Positions 28,040-37,331 of a DNA stretch of 64,000 nucleotides are shown piece after piece. This stretch comes from Christensenellaceae bacterium (lineage in GTDB: Bacteria; Bacillota; Clostridia; Christensenellales; Borkfalkiaceae), in NCBI GenBank assembly GCA_045599205.1, contig JAZRVM010000015.1:24742-88741 (forward strand), written 5' to 3'. A program made the translations under genes and the position numbers. The notes under the pieces are model-generated. The model saw only the letters and a program-made list of their open reading frames with translations, was not told the origin of the DNA and ran no database searches. Each line of letters starts with the position of its first letter. Positions within the stretch are counted from its first letter, which is position 1.

Positions 28040-29536
28040 TTATCTATTATACTTTTTCGTTAAGGTCGATAAGTACTTAACAAGTTGTGGCGTTTGCCAG
28101 TCCTTATCAACTCTTACCGCCCAGTTTTGCCTTTTTACCGTACCCGGTTCGTTTATTCTATACTCGCTTCCTTTTTTAAGTAAATCAAAAAGCGGAATTA
28201 TAAAAAGATTCGACTTACTGTTAAAACCGAGATTGATTATTCCGTCAACGAGCGAAACGTCGTCAACGATTTCCATATCGATTCCCGCAAGGCTTAAACT
28301 GTTTATAACGCCACGGATATAATTGTTTTTATCCCAGTCGCTTGCGTTATCCATAAGTCCCATAAGCGTATCGTTATCGTGCGTACCGGTATAAGTTACC
28401 GAATTTTCTTCGATATGTTCGGGCAAATATAAATTGTCGCTTTCGCCGTTAAAAGCAAACGACAAAATTTTCATACCGGGGTATCCGGTAAACTTTAAGA
28501 GTTCCCTTACCCCGTCGTCGATTATTCCGAGGTCTTCCGCAATAATCCGCTCGCAGTTTATTTCCTTATGAAGACTTTCGAAAAGTTCTTTCGAAGGGAC
28601 TTTTACCCATTCGCCGACTGTTGCGTCGCTTCTACCGTAATCTACTTCGTAATACCTGTCAAACCCACGGAAATGGTCGATACGTACGAAATCGAAGGTA
28701 TCAAGCGCTTTTTTAAGACGGTTTTTCCACCAAGAAAAATTGTCGTCCTTATGTCTATCGTAGTCGTAAACGGGATTGCCCCAAAGTTGACCTGTTTTGG
28801 AAAAATAATCGGGTGGAACACCTGCAATCTTTTTCGGTATATACTCGTCGTTTAACTTAAAAAGTCGGTGATTTACCCATACGTCAACGCTATCGTAAGC
28901 AACGTATAATGGCATATCACCCATAATCGATATTCCTTTCCCGTTGGCGTATTCTTTTAAGTTTTTCCACTCACGACTTGCTTCAAACTGAACGAATTGC
29001 CAAAAGTCAATCTCGTTCTTATGGCTATCGGCAAAGGTTTTAAGCGAATAACAGTCCCTATATTTTAATCCGCTTTCCCAAAGATAAAAGGGCTTAAAAT
29101 CTTGGTTATCTCGTATTGCCATAAAGAGCGCATAGTCGTTATATTCACCCTTATTTTTGAATTGAATAAAGTCTTTATCAAAAACGTCAAATCTCGAAAA
29201 AGCAAGGCGAAGTGCCGAAAACCTATCGGTATATATTTTGCCGTAGTCGATATATAATCCGTCACACTTTAACCCTTCCGCCTCGTTAGCCGTTAAAAGC
29301 CCTTTGATTTTTAACTCGTCTATACTTATAAAATAAGGATTAAAAGACTTTGAGCAAACGGAAGAATACGGCGAATCGCCAAAGCCCGTTTGTACAAGCG
29401 GAAGTATTTGCCAAACTTTTTGATGCGTCTTTACCAAAAAATCAACAAACTCATAACTTTCTTTACCAAAACTTCCTATACCGTACTCGTTATAAAGCGA
29501 GAAAACCGGAAGGAGAACACCACTGCATCTTTTCAT
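28040..29536 (-). CDS. malQ: 4-alpha-glucanotransferase (amylomaltase, GH77)
   Basis: GVLLPVFSLYNEYGIGSFG, RIDHFRGF, GTHDNDT. The track ORF (to 29626) overlaps the purA 3' end and spans a hairpin (agcgtgg/ccacgct), so the ATG at 29534-29536 (MKRCSGVLLP) is preferred. The start remains uncertain. Confidence 0.85.
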   Translation of the reverse strand: MKRCSGVLLPVFSLYNEYGIGSFGKESYEFVDFLVKTHQKVWQILPLVQTGFGDSPYSSVCSKSFNPYFISIDELKIKGLLTANEAEGLKCDGLYIDYGKIYTDRFSALRLAFSRFDVFDKDFIQFKNKGEYNDYALFMAIRDNQDFKPFYLWESGLKYRDCYSLKTFADSHKNEIDFWQFVQFEASREWKNLKEYANGKGISIMGDMPLYVAYDSVDVWVNHRLFKLNDEYIPKKIAGVPPDYFSKTGQLWGNPVYDYDRHKDDNFSWWKNRLKKALDTFDFVRIDHFRGFDRYYEVDYGRSDATVGEWVKVPSKELFESLHKEINCERIIAEDLGIIDDGVRELLKFTGYPGMKILSFAFNGESDNLYLPEHIEENSVTYTGTHDNDTLMGLMDNASDWDKNNYIRGVINSLSLAGIDMEIVDDVSLVDGIINLGFNSKSNLFIIPLFDLLKKGSEYRINEPGTVKRQNWAVRVDKDWQTPQLVKYLSTLTKKYNR

Positions 29537-29591
29537 AGAATATTTAAGCGTGGACAACGCCACGCTTTCCTTTTTACCTTTTGTATTTATA

Positions 29592-30863
29592 TTATAAAAC
29601 GACGTACGCTTCTCTTTCCGCACCAACGGAAACGTACTTGATTTTTGCGCCGACTTTTGATTCGATAAACTTAATATAATCTAATGCTTCCTTTGGAAGA
29701 TCGGACGCCTTTTTGCATTTTGAAATATCCGTATTCCAACCTTTAAGCGTCGTGAATACAGGTCTATAATCGTTAAGTTTTTGAGAGAACGGGAATTCGT
29801 CGGTTACAACGCCGTCTTTTTCATAGCCGACGCAAACTTCGATTTCCTTCATATACGATAATACGTCGAGTTTCGTTAAAGCGATAATATCGGCACCTTG
29901 AATTCTTATGCCGTACTTACTTGCAACTACGTCAAACGGACCGACACGCCTTGGCCTACCGGTTGCCGCACCGTATTCGCCACCGGCTTCACGGAGAGCG
30001 TCTGCCTTTTCTCCGAAGTATTCGGCGGTAAACGGACCTTCACCGACGCAAGACGAATAAGCCTTCATAATGCCTATCGAGTGGTCGAGTTTCAAGTTGG
30101 GAACTCCCGCACCGATAGGAGCATACGAAGCAATCGTGTTTGAAGAAGAAGTATAAGGATAAATACCGAAATCGATATCACGGAGCGCACCGAGTTGGGC
30201 TTCAAACATAATCTTTTTGCCCTGTTCGTTTGCTTTATTGAGATACAAACCCGTATCGCAAATATAAGGCAAAAGCGGTGTGCCGTAAGTTTTAAGATAA
30301 TCTATCATATCGGAAAGTTCGACCTTTTTGTCGCCGTACATTTTTTCAACGGTTAAATTTTTCCATTCCAAAATATCCGTAAGCCTTTCGAGTGAATATT
30401 CAACGTCTAAAAGTTCACCCATACGAAGGTCTTTTTTAAGATACTTATCGCTATAAACGGGCGAAATGCCACGACGGGTTGAACCGAATTTTTTATCCTT
30501 TAATCTCGTTTCTTCCAAAACGTCTTGCAAAACGTGATAAGGCATACAAATTACTGCTTTGTCGCTTATCTTTAAGTTTTCGGGGCTTATTTTGATTCCT
30601 GCCTTTCTTAAACTCTCTATTTCGTTGCACAAGTGCTTAATGTCGATTGCCATACCGTTTCCCATAACGCAAACAACGTTATCACGTAAAATTCCCGAAG
30701 GAAGCAAGTTCAAAATAAACTTACCCTTTTCGTTTACAACCGTATGCCCTGCGTTGTTTCCGCCTTGATATCTGCATACGATATCGTAATCGCTTGAAAG
30801 TAGGTCAACCATACGACCTTTGCCTTCATCTCCCCAATTTATACCAGAAATTGCCGTTAACAT
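29592..30863 (-). CDS. purA: adenylosuccinate synthetase
   Basis: 423 aa: GINWGDEGKGRMVD, GGNNAGHTV. Confidence 0.95.
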   Translation of the reverse strand: MLTAISGINWGDEGKGRMVDLLSSDYDIVCRYQGGNNAGHTVVNEKGKFILNLLPSGILRDNVVCVMGNGMAIDIKHLCNEIESLRKAGIKISPENLKISDKAVICMPYHVLQDVLEETRLKDKKFGSTRRGISPVYSDKYLKKDLRMGELLDVEYSLERLTDILEWKNLTVEKMYGDKKVELSDMIDYLKTYGTPLLPYICDTGLYLNKANEQGKKIMFEAQLGALRDIDFGIYPYTSSSNTIASYAPIGAGVPNLKLDHSIGIMKAYSSCVGEGPFTAEYFGEKADALREAGGEYGAATGRPRRVGPFDVVASKYGIRIQGADIIALTKLDVLSYMKEIEVCVGYEKDGVVTDEFPFSQKLNDYRPVFTTLKGWNTDISKCKKASDLPKEALDYIKFIESKVGAKIKYVSVGAEREAYVVL

Positions 30864-30890
30864 TTCGTTACCTCCGAAAGTGATACTTTG

Positions 30891-30919
30891 ATTATGATAT
30901 GTTATCCATTATTTGTCAA
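30891..30919 (-). promoter_or_regulatory. sigma-A-type promoter for purA
   Basis: On the minus strand: TTGACA (30914-30919), 17-nt spacer, CATAAT (30891-30896). Confidence 0.6.
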
Positions 30920-30950
30920 TATTTTATCTATTAAAATAAGTTATGGATAA

Positions 30951-31685
30951 CTATTTACAGTAACCGCCACCGACGCTTAAAGTTTCGCCGGTAATATACG
31001 ACGACGCCTCGCCTGATAAAAAGTAAATTACGTTTGCGACTTCTTTTGCCGTACCGAACCGTCTAAGCGGTATATCGTTTATTATCTCTTGTTTTTCTTC
31101 GTTTGAAAAAATATCGTTCATTTTGGTGTCGATAACCCCGGGGCTTACACAGTTCACCCTTACGTTTGAAAAAGCAACTTCTTTTGAAAGAGATTTCGTC
31201 AGTCCGATAAGTGCCGACTTACTTGCCGAATAAACACTCTCCATCGATGCACCGACTTCGCCCCAAATAGACGAAACGTAAGTTATCGTACCGGATTTTC
31301 GCTCTACCATACCTTCGAGAAGGTATTTCGACAGTAAAAATGCGGACTTAAAGTTCACGTTCATAACGTAATCGAATTCTTCTTCCGTTGTGTCGGTTGT
31401 AAGTTTATATAAGTCCACCCCCGCGTTATAAACAAAACAATCGATATGCTTAAAATTCGTTTTGAGATTCTCTATAAGTAAATTAACGTCTTTACTTTTA
31501 GACAAATCACACTTTACGCAATACGTCATTTGAGCATAATCTTCGCTTAAACCTTTGATTAAATTTTCGAGATTTTCCCTACCGTTATTGTATACGGCGA
31601 TAACGAAATACCCCTCAAGCAAAAAACGCTTGACGGTTTCTTTTCCGATATCTCCGCTTGCACCGGTTATCAATACTGTCTTCAT
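30951..31685 (-). CDS. SDR-family oxidoreductase (FabG-like)
   Basis: 244 aa: TGASGDIGK cofactor motif and YSASKSAL catalytic motif. Confidence 0.85.
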   Translation of the reverse strand: MKTVLITGASGDIGKETVKRFLLEGYFVIAVYNNGRENLENLIKGLSEDYAQMTYCVKCDLSKSKDVNLLIENLKTNFKHIDCFVYNAGVDLYKLTTDTTEEEFDYVMNVNFKSAFLLSKYLLEGMVERKSGTITYVSSIWGEVGASMESVYSASKSALIGLTKSLSKEVAFSNVRVNCVSPGVIDTKMNDIFSNEEKQEIINDIPLRRFGTAKEVANVIYFLSGEASSYITGETLSVGGGYCK

Positions 31686-31720
31686 ACTTTCCTTATTGTT
31701 TTTTTACTGAATTTACGCAT

Positions 31721-31750
31721 AAAAATACCCACAAAAGACTTGTGGGTAAA
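31721..31750 (-). terminator. intrinsic terminator after efp
   Basis: Stem acccacaa (31728-31735) / ttgtgggt (31741-31748), followed by a U-tract on the minus strand. Confidence 0.75.
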
Positions 31751-31756
31751 ATTATA

Positions 31757-32317
31757 TTAGCCTTTAACACGTTCCATATATTCGTCGGTTCTCGTATCAA
31801 CTCTGATAAGTTCACCTTCGTTAACGAACATAGGTACTTGAATCGTTGCACCCGTTTCCAAAACTGCTTCCTTGGTTGCGTTGGTTGCGGTATTACCCTT
31901 AACCGAAGGATCTGCTTTTACTACACGAAGTACTACGAAGTTATCACATTCAACCGAAAAAGCAACGCCCTTATAAGACTTAACGACAACGTTATCGTTT
32001 TCCTTAATGTACTTCAATGCATTTTCTACTTGTTCGTAGTTAAGTGGTGTAAGATTATATTCTTGATCCATAAAATAATAAAGTTCGCCGTCGGTATAAG
32101 AATAAGTCATATTCTTCGTTTCGATTGACGCTTCTTGAATCTTTTCGGTTGGGTTCCATGTTTTTTCCAAAACTGCGCCCGTTACGACGTTCTTCATCTT
32201 CGTTCTTACGAATGCTGCACCTTTGCCCGGTTTTACGTGTTGGAAATCAACGATTGTGTAAATGTTGTTTTCAAATTCAAACGTTACGCCTTTTCTAAAA
32301 TCGCCTGCTGATATCAT
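31757..32317 (-). CDS. efp: translation elongation factor P
   Basis: 186 aa: [44 protein letters not shown]. Confidence 0.95.
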   Translation of the reverse strand: MISAGDFRKGVTFEFENNIYTIVDFQHVKPGKGAAFVRTKMKNVVTGAVLEKTWNPTEKIQEASIETKNMTYSYTDGELYYFMDQEYNLTPLNYEQVENALKYIKENDNVVVKSYKGVAFSVECDNFVVLRVVKADPSVKGNTATNATKEAVLETGATIQVPMFVNEGELIRVDTRTDEYMERVKG

Positions 32318-32371
32318 AAATTTTTCTCCTTGTTTCGCTTTTCAGCGTTAAATTACTTTATAATAATGAAA

Positions 32372-33448
32372 TTATTTTATTATGATAAGTTCTTTATCAT
32401 CCGAAAACAATCTCTTTATTCCGTCTTTGTTTATTACTACCGTGTCTTCTATCCTGACGCCGAATTCTCCGTCGAGATATACGCCCGGTTCTACGGTAAA
32501 TACCATATTGTCTTTGAGTGTGGTTTTGCTTTTATAACTTATTCTCGGTTCTTCGTGTATTTCAAGTCCGACGCCATGCCCCAAAGAGTGTGTGAATTTA
32601 CCCTTGAAGTTAAACTTGTTTATGGTATACTCCGCCATATTATGTAAATCTTTTGCCTGCGCCCCTGCATTAAAACTCACGATAACGCTTTCGTTCGCAG
32701 TCTTTACGGCATAATACGCTTCCATAAATTTTTTGTCGGGCGTGCCGAAATAAAGCGTTCTCGTAAGGTCGGAACAGTACCCGTTATACTTGCAACCCAT
32801 ATCGATAAGGACGGGCATATTCTTTTGAAGCTTTGTTTTATCGCTTTCGTGGTGAGGTACGGCGCTGTTTTTACCAAAAGCAACGATTGTGTCGAAACTC
32901 ATTTCTTCCGCACCGAGCGACAAACAGTTTTTTTCTATCTCCGACTTAACTTTAAGTTCGGTTACTCCTTCACGGATTGCGCCGAGAGATTTATTAAAAC
33001 CTTGCCACGCAATTTCACAAGCCTTTTCTATATACTCTATCTCTTTTTTCGACTTGACCATACGGCAGGCGTTTATTTCGTCTTTTCCGTCTGAAACCGA
33101 AAAATACAGCGAAAGTTCGTTATAACGTGAAACAGTTGTATTGTCGAAATTCATCTTCAAACTCTTTACGTTATGAATCGCACAATATTCTCTTATCGTG
33201 TCTACGCCTTGATACAAAACAGGCTTAAAACCTGCCTTTACCGTTTCGGCTTCGAATTCGTAATAATATCTCGAATCTAAAAAATATACCTTTTCGTCTG
33301 CCAAAAGCATACAGCCTTCGGCAATATCTTTACCGAAAAAATATCTACGCTCCAACCTGTCTTCGATTAAAAACGCATTGCCGTTTGAAAAGTTCAAATT
33401 CCCCTTCATATTCTCTTTTATTTTAACAAATTTTTTGTTATTCGTCAA
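32372..33448 (-). CDS. M24-family Xaa-Pro aminopeptidase
   Basis: 358 aa: HSLGHGVGLEIHEEP and VEPGVY...GVRIED. The pairing with efp is conserved in Firmicutes. Confidence 0.85.
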   Translation of the reverse strand: MTNNKKFVKIKENMKGNLNFSNGNAFLIEDRLERRYFFGKDIAEGCMLLADEKVYFLDSRYYYEFEAETVKAGFKPVLYQGVDTIREYCAIHNVKSLKMNFDNTTVSRYNELSLYFSVSDGKDEINACRMVKSKKEIEYIEKACEIAWQGFNKSLGAIREGVTELKVKSEIEKNCLSLGAEEMSFDTIVAFGKNSAVPHHESDKTKLQKNMPVLIDMGCKYNGYCSDLTRTLYFGTPDKKFMEAYYAVKTANESVIVSFNAGAQAKDLHNMAEYTINKFNFKGKFTHSLGHGVGLEIHEEPRISYKSKTTLKDNMVFTVEPGVYLDGEFGVRIEDTVVINKDGIKRLFSDDKELIIIK

Positions 33449-34290
33449 TTACTACGATAAACTTTTTGCATATAAAGCGCATCTTTATCCTGTGTCCCCG
33501 CACTTTCACATACGATAACGGGTTCGAGCCCGAGTTTTTTTAATACCACGCAGAGCGGTTCAAATTCCGGTCCGTATTCCGTATCTTCGAAAGTCAAATG
33601 TTTTACTTCGCCTTTTTGGGTATATTCTATTTTGGAAAAATGAACGTGAAAGTGCTTCATTTTTTCCATGCCGAGATTGTCAATCATATACGTAAGTCTT
33701 TTCTCATAATCGGCTTCGGTTTTAAGACTTCCGCATTCTCTTGCGTTGACATGCCCGAAATCTACGGTCGGAACGAAAATTTTATCTGTCTTACAAAATT
33801 CCGTTACTTCCTCTATCGTGCCGATTTGCCCTAACTTTCCCATGGTTTCGGGGCAGAACGTAAGGTCGTTTAACCCTTCGTTATATATTCTGTCCCGCAA
33901 AATTCCCATGCGTTTAAGTGTCAATAATACGGCTTCTTCCCTTGATAACTTTCCTTGACTTGCGGGGTGAAATATTACTCTATCTCCACCCATAAGTCTT
34001 ACCTTTTTTGCCGACTCTATAATATAATTATAAGACTTTTCGGCATTTTCGTCTTCGGGGTTTGCAAGGTTAATATAATAAGGAGCATGCACGCTTATCG
34101 ATATACCGGCTTCCTTAAAAGCCTTTCCGATTGACAACGCCTTTTCGTCTGAAACGGAAATGCCTCTACCGAAAGAATATTCAAAATGATTAAGTCCCAT
34201 ATTTTTTACCCAAACAGCCGACTGTTCGGTACTCACGTTTCCCGCTTCCCTAAAAGCATCGGAATTGCCACTCGGCCCGAATTTAATCAT
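33445..34290 (-). CDS. xylose-isomerase-like TIM-barrel protein (endonuclease IV / AP endonuclease family 2-like)
   Basis: 281 aa: FGPSGNS...HAPYYINLANP...IFHP...H motif pattern. The assignment is tentative. Confidence 0.55.
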   Translation of the reverse strand: MIKFGPSGNSDAFREAGNVSTEQSAVWVKNMGLNHFEYSFGRGISVSDEKALSIGKAFKEAGISISVHAPYYINLANPEDENAEKSYNYIIESAKKVRLMGGDRVIFHPASQGKLSREEAVLLTLKRMGILRDRIYNEGLNDLTFCPETMGKLGQIGTIEEVTEFCKTDKIFVPTVDFGHVNARECGSLKTEADYEKRLTYMIDNLGMEKMKHFHVHFSKIEYTQKGEVKHLTFEDTEYGPEFEPLCVVLKKLGLEPVIVCESAGTQDKDALYMQKVYRSN

Positions 34291-35170
34291 TTTTTCTCCT
34301 TAAAAACTCAACGTCGTTTTTTAACTGCAATTTAAGTTCGTCAACGCTGTCGAATTTTTTTACGTTGCGAAGAAAGGTTAAAAATTCCACCTTGATTTCT
34401 TTGCCGTAAATATCACGATTTAACCCGTCAAAATAAACTTCAACGACTTTTTTCGATTCTCCAAACGTCGGTCTATAACCATAATTTATCAAAACGGGGT
34501 AAGATTTCCCGTCAACGTACCCCTTGCCCGAATATACGCCGTCGTAAATCGTCATAACGGCGTTGTCGATATTTACGTTCGCCGTCGGAAAGCCGAGCGT
34601 TTTGCCTACACCCCTGTCTTTAACGACTTCACCACGTAAAAAATATGGAAAAGTAAGATAGGAATTCGCCTTTTCAATCTCCCCGTTTTTAAGTAAATAT
34701 TTTATTTGCGTCGTTGAAATCTTTTTTCCGTTTTCCTTTTTTATATCTACGATAAAAGTTTTTTGCCCCTTGCTTTCGGCGTACGTTATTACGTCAAAGG
34801 CACGACCTTCTCCGTTACGCCCGAAGGAAAAATCTTCTCCGAAAACGTAACCTACGATATCGTACTTTTCGTTTAATATATCCAAAAATTCGAACTTGTC
34901 CATCGAAAGCACTTCATCGTTTACAGGTAGAGAAAAAATTTCGTTTATGCCCAAAAGCGATATCAGTTTAAGTCTATCGTTAAAGGAATAAATCGGTTTA
35001 TCGTCCTGCCCGAATAACGTGCTTTTAAGGTTACCCGAAAAGGTAAAAAGCGACGGTGTAACGCCGTGTTTTTCGCTTTCCGAAACACACTTAAAAACGA
35101 CGTCTTTATGACCTATATGCACGCTATCGAAAAAACCGAGCGCAATAATCGTTTTAATCTTCTTTGACAT
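34283..35170 (-). CDS. ribF: bifunctional riboflavin kinase / FAD synthetase
   Basis: 295 aa: GFFDSVHIGH N-terminal adenylyltransferase motif and a C-terminal kinase domain (GFPTANV). Confidence 0.9.
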   Translation of the reverse strand: MSKKIKTIIALGFFDSVHIGHKDVVFKCVSESEKHGVTPSLFTFSGNLKSTLFGQDDKPIYSFNDRLKLISLLGINEIFSLPVNDEVLSMDKFEFLDILNEKYDIVGYVFGEDFSFGRNGEGRAFDVITYAESKGQKTFIVDIKKENGKKISTTQIKYLLKNGEIEKANSYLTFPYFLRGEVVKDRGVGKTLGFPTANVNIDNAVMTIYDGVYSGKGYVDGKSYPVLINYGYRPTFGESKKVVEVYFDGLNRDIYGKEIKVEFLTFLRNVKKFDSVDELKLQLKNDVEFLRRKND

Positions 35171-36008
35171 AAGCCCTTATTTTTAAAATTTTATCTTTCA
35201 CTTCACCGACGCCGATAAATTCACTTCCGCCGTAAACCCTGTAAAATCCGTCGCTAAAACCCATATCTTCTTTTATGCCGTTAATAAGCCTTTTCGTCTG
35301 GTAATCGTTTAATACGAGTTTATCAAAAGAAATAACGATATCTGACGGAATAATCTTGTCGGATAAATCTTCACACTTTTCGACGTCGTCAAGAGAAACG
35401 GCGTTTTCGTAATTAAATACTACTGCTTCCGTTCTTTCAAGCGCACTCATTACGGCAAGCGAATCGGTAGCATAACCCAAATCACGTGCAAGAGAACGGA
35501 TATACGTTCCCCCCTTACATTCGACAATAAACTTATATTCGGTGTCGGAAACCTGCTCCGCCATCTTAAACGATATTACCGTTACTTTTTTCGGCGCAAG
35601 TGAAAAATCAACGCCGTGTCTTGCCAGATTATAGCCCTTCGTGCCGTTTACGCACTTCGCCGAATACTTGGGCGGGACTTGGTCTATCTCTCCGACAAAA
35701 TTGTCAAGTTTATTTAATATTTTTTCTTTTGAAGGAATATTGCCGGTCGTTTTTGTAACCGTACCCGTAGTGTCGAGCGTGTCGGTTAAAACGCCGAACT
35801 TAAACGTCGCAACGTAGGTTTTTTTCTTATCTAAAAGATAGTCGAAAAGCCTACACGTTTTCCCTATCGCCACGGGAAGTACTCCCGACGCCATAGGATC
35901 AAGCGTACCCATATGTCCGCAAGGCTTATGAAATCTTTTTTTAACAGCCGAAACAACCTTCGCCGAAGATATGCCCGACGGTTTTATCACGTTAATAAAT
36001 CCGTTCAT
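35154..36008 (-). CDS. truB: tRNA pseudouridine-55 synthase
   Basis: 284 aa: GFINVIKPSGISS...GHMGTLDPMASGVLPV. Confidence 0.9.
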   Translation of the reverse strand: MNGFINVIKPSGISSAKVVSAVKKRFHKPCGHMGTLDPMASGVLPVAIGKTCRLFDYLLDKKKTYVATFKFGVLTDTLDTTGTVTKTTGNIPSKEKILNKLDNFVGEIDQVPPKYSAKCVNGTKGYNLARHGVDFSLAPKKVTVISFKMAEQVSDTEYKFIVECKGGTYIRSLARDLGYATDSLAVMSALERTEAVVFNYENAVSLDDVEKCEDLSDKIIPSDIVISFDKLVLNDYQTKRLINGIKEDMGFSDGFYRVYGGSEFIGVGEVKDKILKIRAYVKED

Positions 36009-36009
36009 T

Positions 36010-36969
36010 TTAATCTTCTAATTGTTGAGAAACACGGTAAGATAACTTATCGATTATTTCTTCGTAATCGGCAGAAATTTGGCAACCGCTTGCCAAAACG
36101 TGCCCACCGCCACCGAACGAAGTCGCAACGGCGTTGACGTCCGCCTTTTTGGACCTTAAACTTATCTTATATTTTTTTTCTTCAAGTTCGAGAAGACACG
36201 CCCCCACTTCGACGCTATCGATACCCATAACGAAATCGATAAAACCTTCGGTTTGTTCGGGCTTTGCACCGGACAAGATTAAATCTTCCCTTCTAACCGT
36301 GATAACGGCGAATCTGTCGTTAAGCAAGTATCTTATTTTGCTCATCGTAAGTCCGAAAAGTTTGGCACGGCTTTTTGTTTGTTTTATAAAAGTGTTGTAG
36401 TATATTTGATTAAAGTTTGCGTTTTTACCTTGTAAAACGCCTGCCTTATAAAAGGTTTCTTGCGTTACGTTTTTATGAGTAAAATTGCCCGTATCGGTAA
36501 CCATACCGAGCGCCAAAAGGTTTGCGATACGTTCGGTTATCGGTGCGTTTAACTCCATAATAAGGTCCATAACGTTCTCGCAATTCGACGCCTTATCCAC
36601 AACGTAATTAAACGCCCCGTGCATCGTGTTCGAAACGTGGTGGTCAATATTATAAGTGTTTTTCGATGACGTATAAATCTCGAAGAATTTACCTATCCTG
36701 TTTGCATCGGCAACGTCAACTAAAACGAAGGCGGAGTACCCCTTCGACAAGTCGATATCGTATTTAACGAACTTTGTTTCTTCGATAAAAGAAAAATTTT
36801 GCGGGATAGCATCGTTAGAGAAAATATCGGCTTCTACCCCGATATTGTTAAGCGCCGACCACAGTGCAAGCCCACTTCCTACCGTGTCGCCGTCAGGACG
36901 AACGTGAATAAATATTGCCACGGCCTTTTCTCTTTTGAGTTTTTCTGCAAACAACTTTAAACTTATCAT
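36010..36969 (-). CDS. nrnA: DHH/DHHA1 phosphoesterase (NrnA-like oligoribonuclease / pAp phosphatase)
   Basis: 319 aa: DGDTVGS, NIDHHVSN, GGGGHVLASG. Confidence 0.8.
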   Translation of the reverse strand: MISLKLFAEKLKREKAVAIFIHVRPDGDTVGSGLALWSALNNIGVEADIFSNDAIPQNFSFIEETKFVKYDIDLSKGYSAFVLVDVADANRIGKFFEIYTSSKNTYNIDHHVSNTMHGAFNYVVDKASNCENVMDLIMELNAPITERIANLLALGMVTDTGNFTHKNVTQETFYKAGVLQGKNANFNQIYYNTFIKQTKSRAKLFGLTMSKIRYLLNDRFAVITVRREDLILSGAKPEQTEGFIDFVMGIDSVEVGACLLELEEKKYKISLRSKKADVNAVATSFGGGGHVLASGCQISADYEEIIDKLSYRVSQQLED

Positions 36970-37331
36970 TTGTTTTCCTTTTTTATTTGTGCGAAAAGTT
37001 TATCCATTTTATCGCTGTATTCCATTGAATCGTCGCTTAAAAATTGAAGTTTCGGCACGGTACGTATATTTGAAATCTTCGCAAGTTCGTATCTGATACG
37101 GTTTGCTTCTTCTTTAATTGCATCGAAAGTCGTCTTCTTTTTTTCGGCGTTCGTAGAAAAAACCGAGATATAAACTTTTGCAAATGACAAATCCTTACTC
37201 GTGTCAACTTTAAGTATGCTGAACATTTCGGTAATCAAAGGATTCTTTATTTTGTGAGCGATAATTTCATAAAGGTCTTTTTGAAATTCGCTATTCAGTT
37301 TATCCATACGGTTGACTTTTCCGTTATTCAT
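36966..37331 (-). CDS. rbfA: ribosome-binding factor A
   Basis: The ATG at 37329-37331 ([24 protein letters not shown]...) lies 10 nt after GAGGAG and overlaps the infB stop, so it is preferred over the longer track ORF (to 37349). Confidence 0.85.
   Translation of the reverse strand: MNNGKVNRMDKLNSEFQKDLYEIIAHKIKNPLITEMFSILKVDTSKDLSFAKVYISVFSTNAEKKKTTFDAIKEEANRIRYELAKISNIRTVPKLQFLSDDSMEYSDKMDKLFAQIKKENK

Noticed and set aside
29537-29626. N-terminal 30-aa extension of malQ (MVRKEKRTSFYNINTKGKKESVALSTLKYS)
   Set aside because: It overlaps the purA coding end and contains a 7-bp hairpin (agcgtgg/ccacgct) that looks like a purA 3' structure. The conserved amylomaltase N-terminus begins at the internal Met.
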